DNA from: Candidatus Latescibacterota bacterium
GTDB taxonomy: Bacteria; Latescibacterota; UBA2968; UBA8231
Assembly (NCBI GenBank): GCA_965223905.1
Contig: CBDCXV010000001.1
Coordinates: 544,001-608,000 of the forward strand
Length of the DNA stretch: 64,000 nt
Reading direction: 5' to 3'
Shown: one piece after another, positions 63,504 through 64,000 of the stretch
How positions within the stretch are numbered: position 1 is the first letter of the stretch
Layout of the letters: every line of letters begins with the position of its first letter
Translations under genes and position numbers: made by a program
The notes under the pieces: generated by a model
The model's input: the letters and a program-made list of their open reading frames with translations, nothing else
What the model was told of the DNA's origin: nothing
Database searches by the model: none

Positions 63504-64000
63504 CCGCGTGCGAATTCGATATTTCGCAACGTGTTCGACTCCCTTGGGGTCAACCTTTCGTCGACCAGGCCGAACGCCTCGTGCAGTTCGTCCGTGTGCG
63601 TCTCGACAACGACAAAGCCGTCGTATCCGTCCCCTTTCAAGGACTTCAGCAGGGCCCGCCAGTCGATGTCGGGTCCCTCCATCAAGCCCCATGCTCCGGT
63701 CGCAGAGACGTAGTTCTTGAGGTGCACGCAGCCGACCGTGGCCCCGTTGGAGTCGCGCAACTCTTCGTATTCGTGCGGATAAGGACTGGCGGAACCGGCC
63801 CGGGCGGCATTCCCCGGGTCCCAGCACAGGCCGAGGCGATCCTCCCCGACGCGGCGGATGATTCCAGCCGCCAGGCGGCCGGTACCGCCCCAGCACCCCG
63901 CCTCGTTCTCCAGCAGCAGCCGGCAGCCGGCGCGCTCGGCTGCCTCGCACATCCCGGCGAGCCGATCGACGACCTCGTCCGGCATCTGCGTGTCCCCGGC
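63494..64000 (-). CDS. Sugar phosphate isomerase/epimerase (xylose isomerase-like TIM barrel); 5' end outside the window
   Basis: LLLENE, WDPGN, VHLKN, G.IDW, GYDG...VETH. Confidence 0.85.
   Translation of the reverse strand, partial: AGDTQMPDEVVDRLAGMCEAAERAGCRLLLENEAGCWGGTGRLAAGIIRRVGEDRLGLCWDPGNAARAGSASPYPHEYEELRDSNGATVGCVHLKNYVSATGAWGLMEGPDIDWRALLKSLKGDGYDGFVVVETHTDELHEAFGLVDERLTPRESNTLRNIEFARGCL

Overview
High-GC bacterial chromosomal segment; the long SecA and the Bacteroidota-style permease cluster suggest the FCB superphylum (inference only). The left third is housekeeping: GT2 glycosyltransferase, secA, a ribD-ribE-ribBA-ribH-nusB run preceded by an S55 peptidase/beta-propeller pair, ftsY, uppS-cdsA-rseP-queG, 5-FTHF cyclo-ligase-NIPSNAP-dusB-DUF309, and a LysR gene divergent from ino1. 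The centre (about 27.4-50.9 kb) is accessory. It holds decayed toxin-antitoxin genes and a roughly 20 kb sigma54/NtrC-linked MacAB-like locus: adaptor, 2 ATPases, 5 large paralogous permeases and a DUF4097 protein, with no TolC. The most striking signal is that the permeases look like a serially grown cassette array. Two of them are followed by a displaced, decaying copy of the ATPase 3' end, two share near-identical ends but divergent periplasmic loops, and those loops carry short tandem duplications. A similar 3'-end duplication flanks a truncated higA inserted between the regulator and the kinase. The right end carries a flavin disulfide reductase/GNAT pair, a TPR protein, a degenerate ~100-bp tandem repeat, SpoU, Gfo/Idh/MocA, a COG3014-LpoB-OMP operon, pdxST, a flippase and a partial TIM-barrel isomerase. 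No rRNA, tRNA, CRISPR array, integrase or transposase was recognised. All family calls come from motif recognition by eye, not from database searches.
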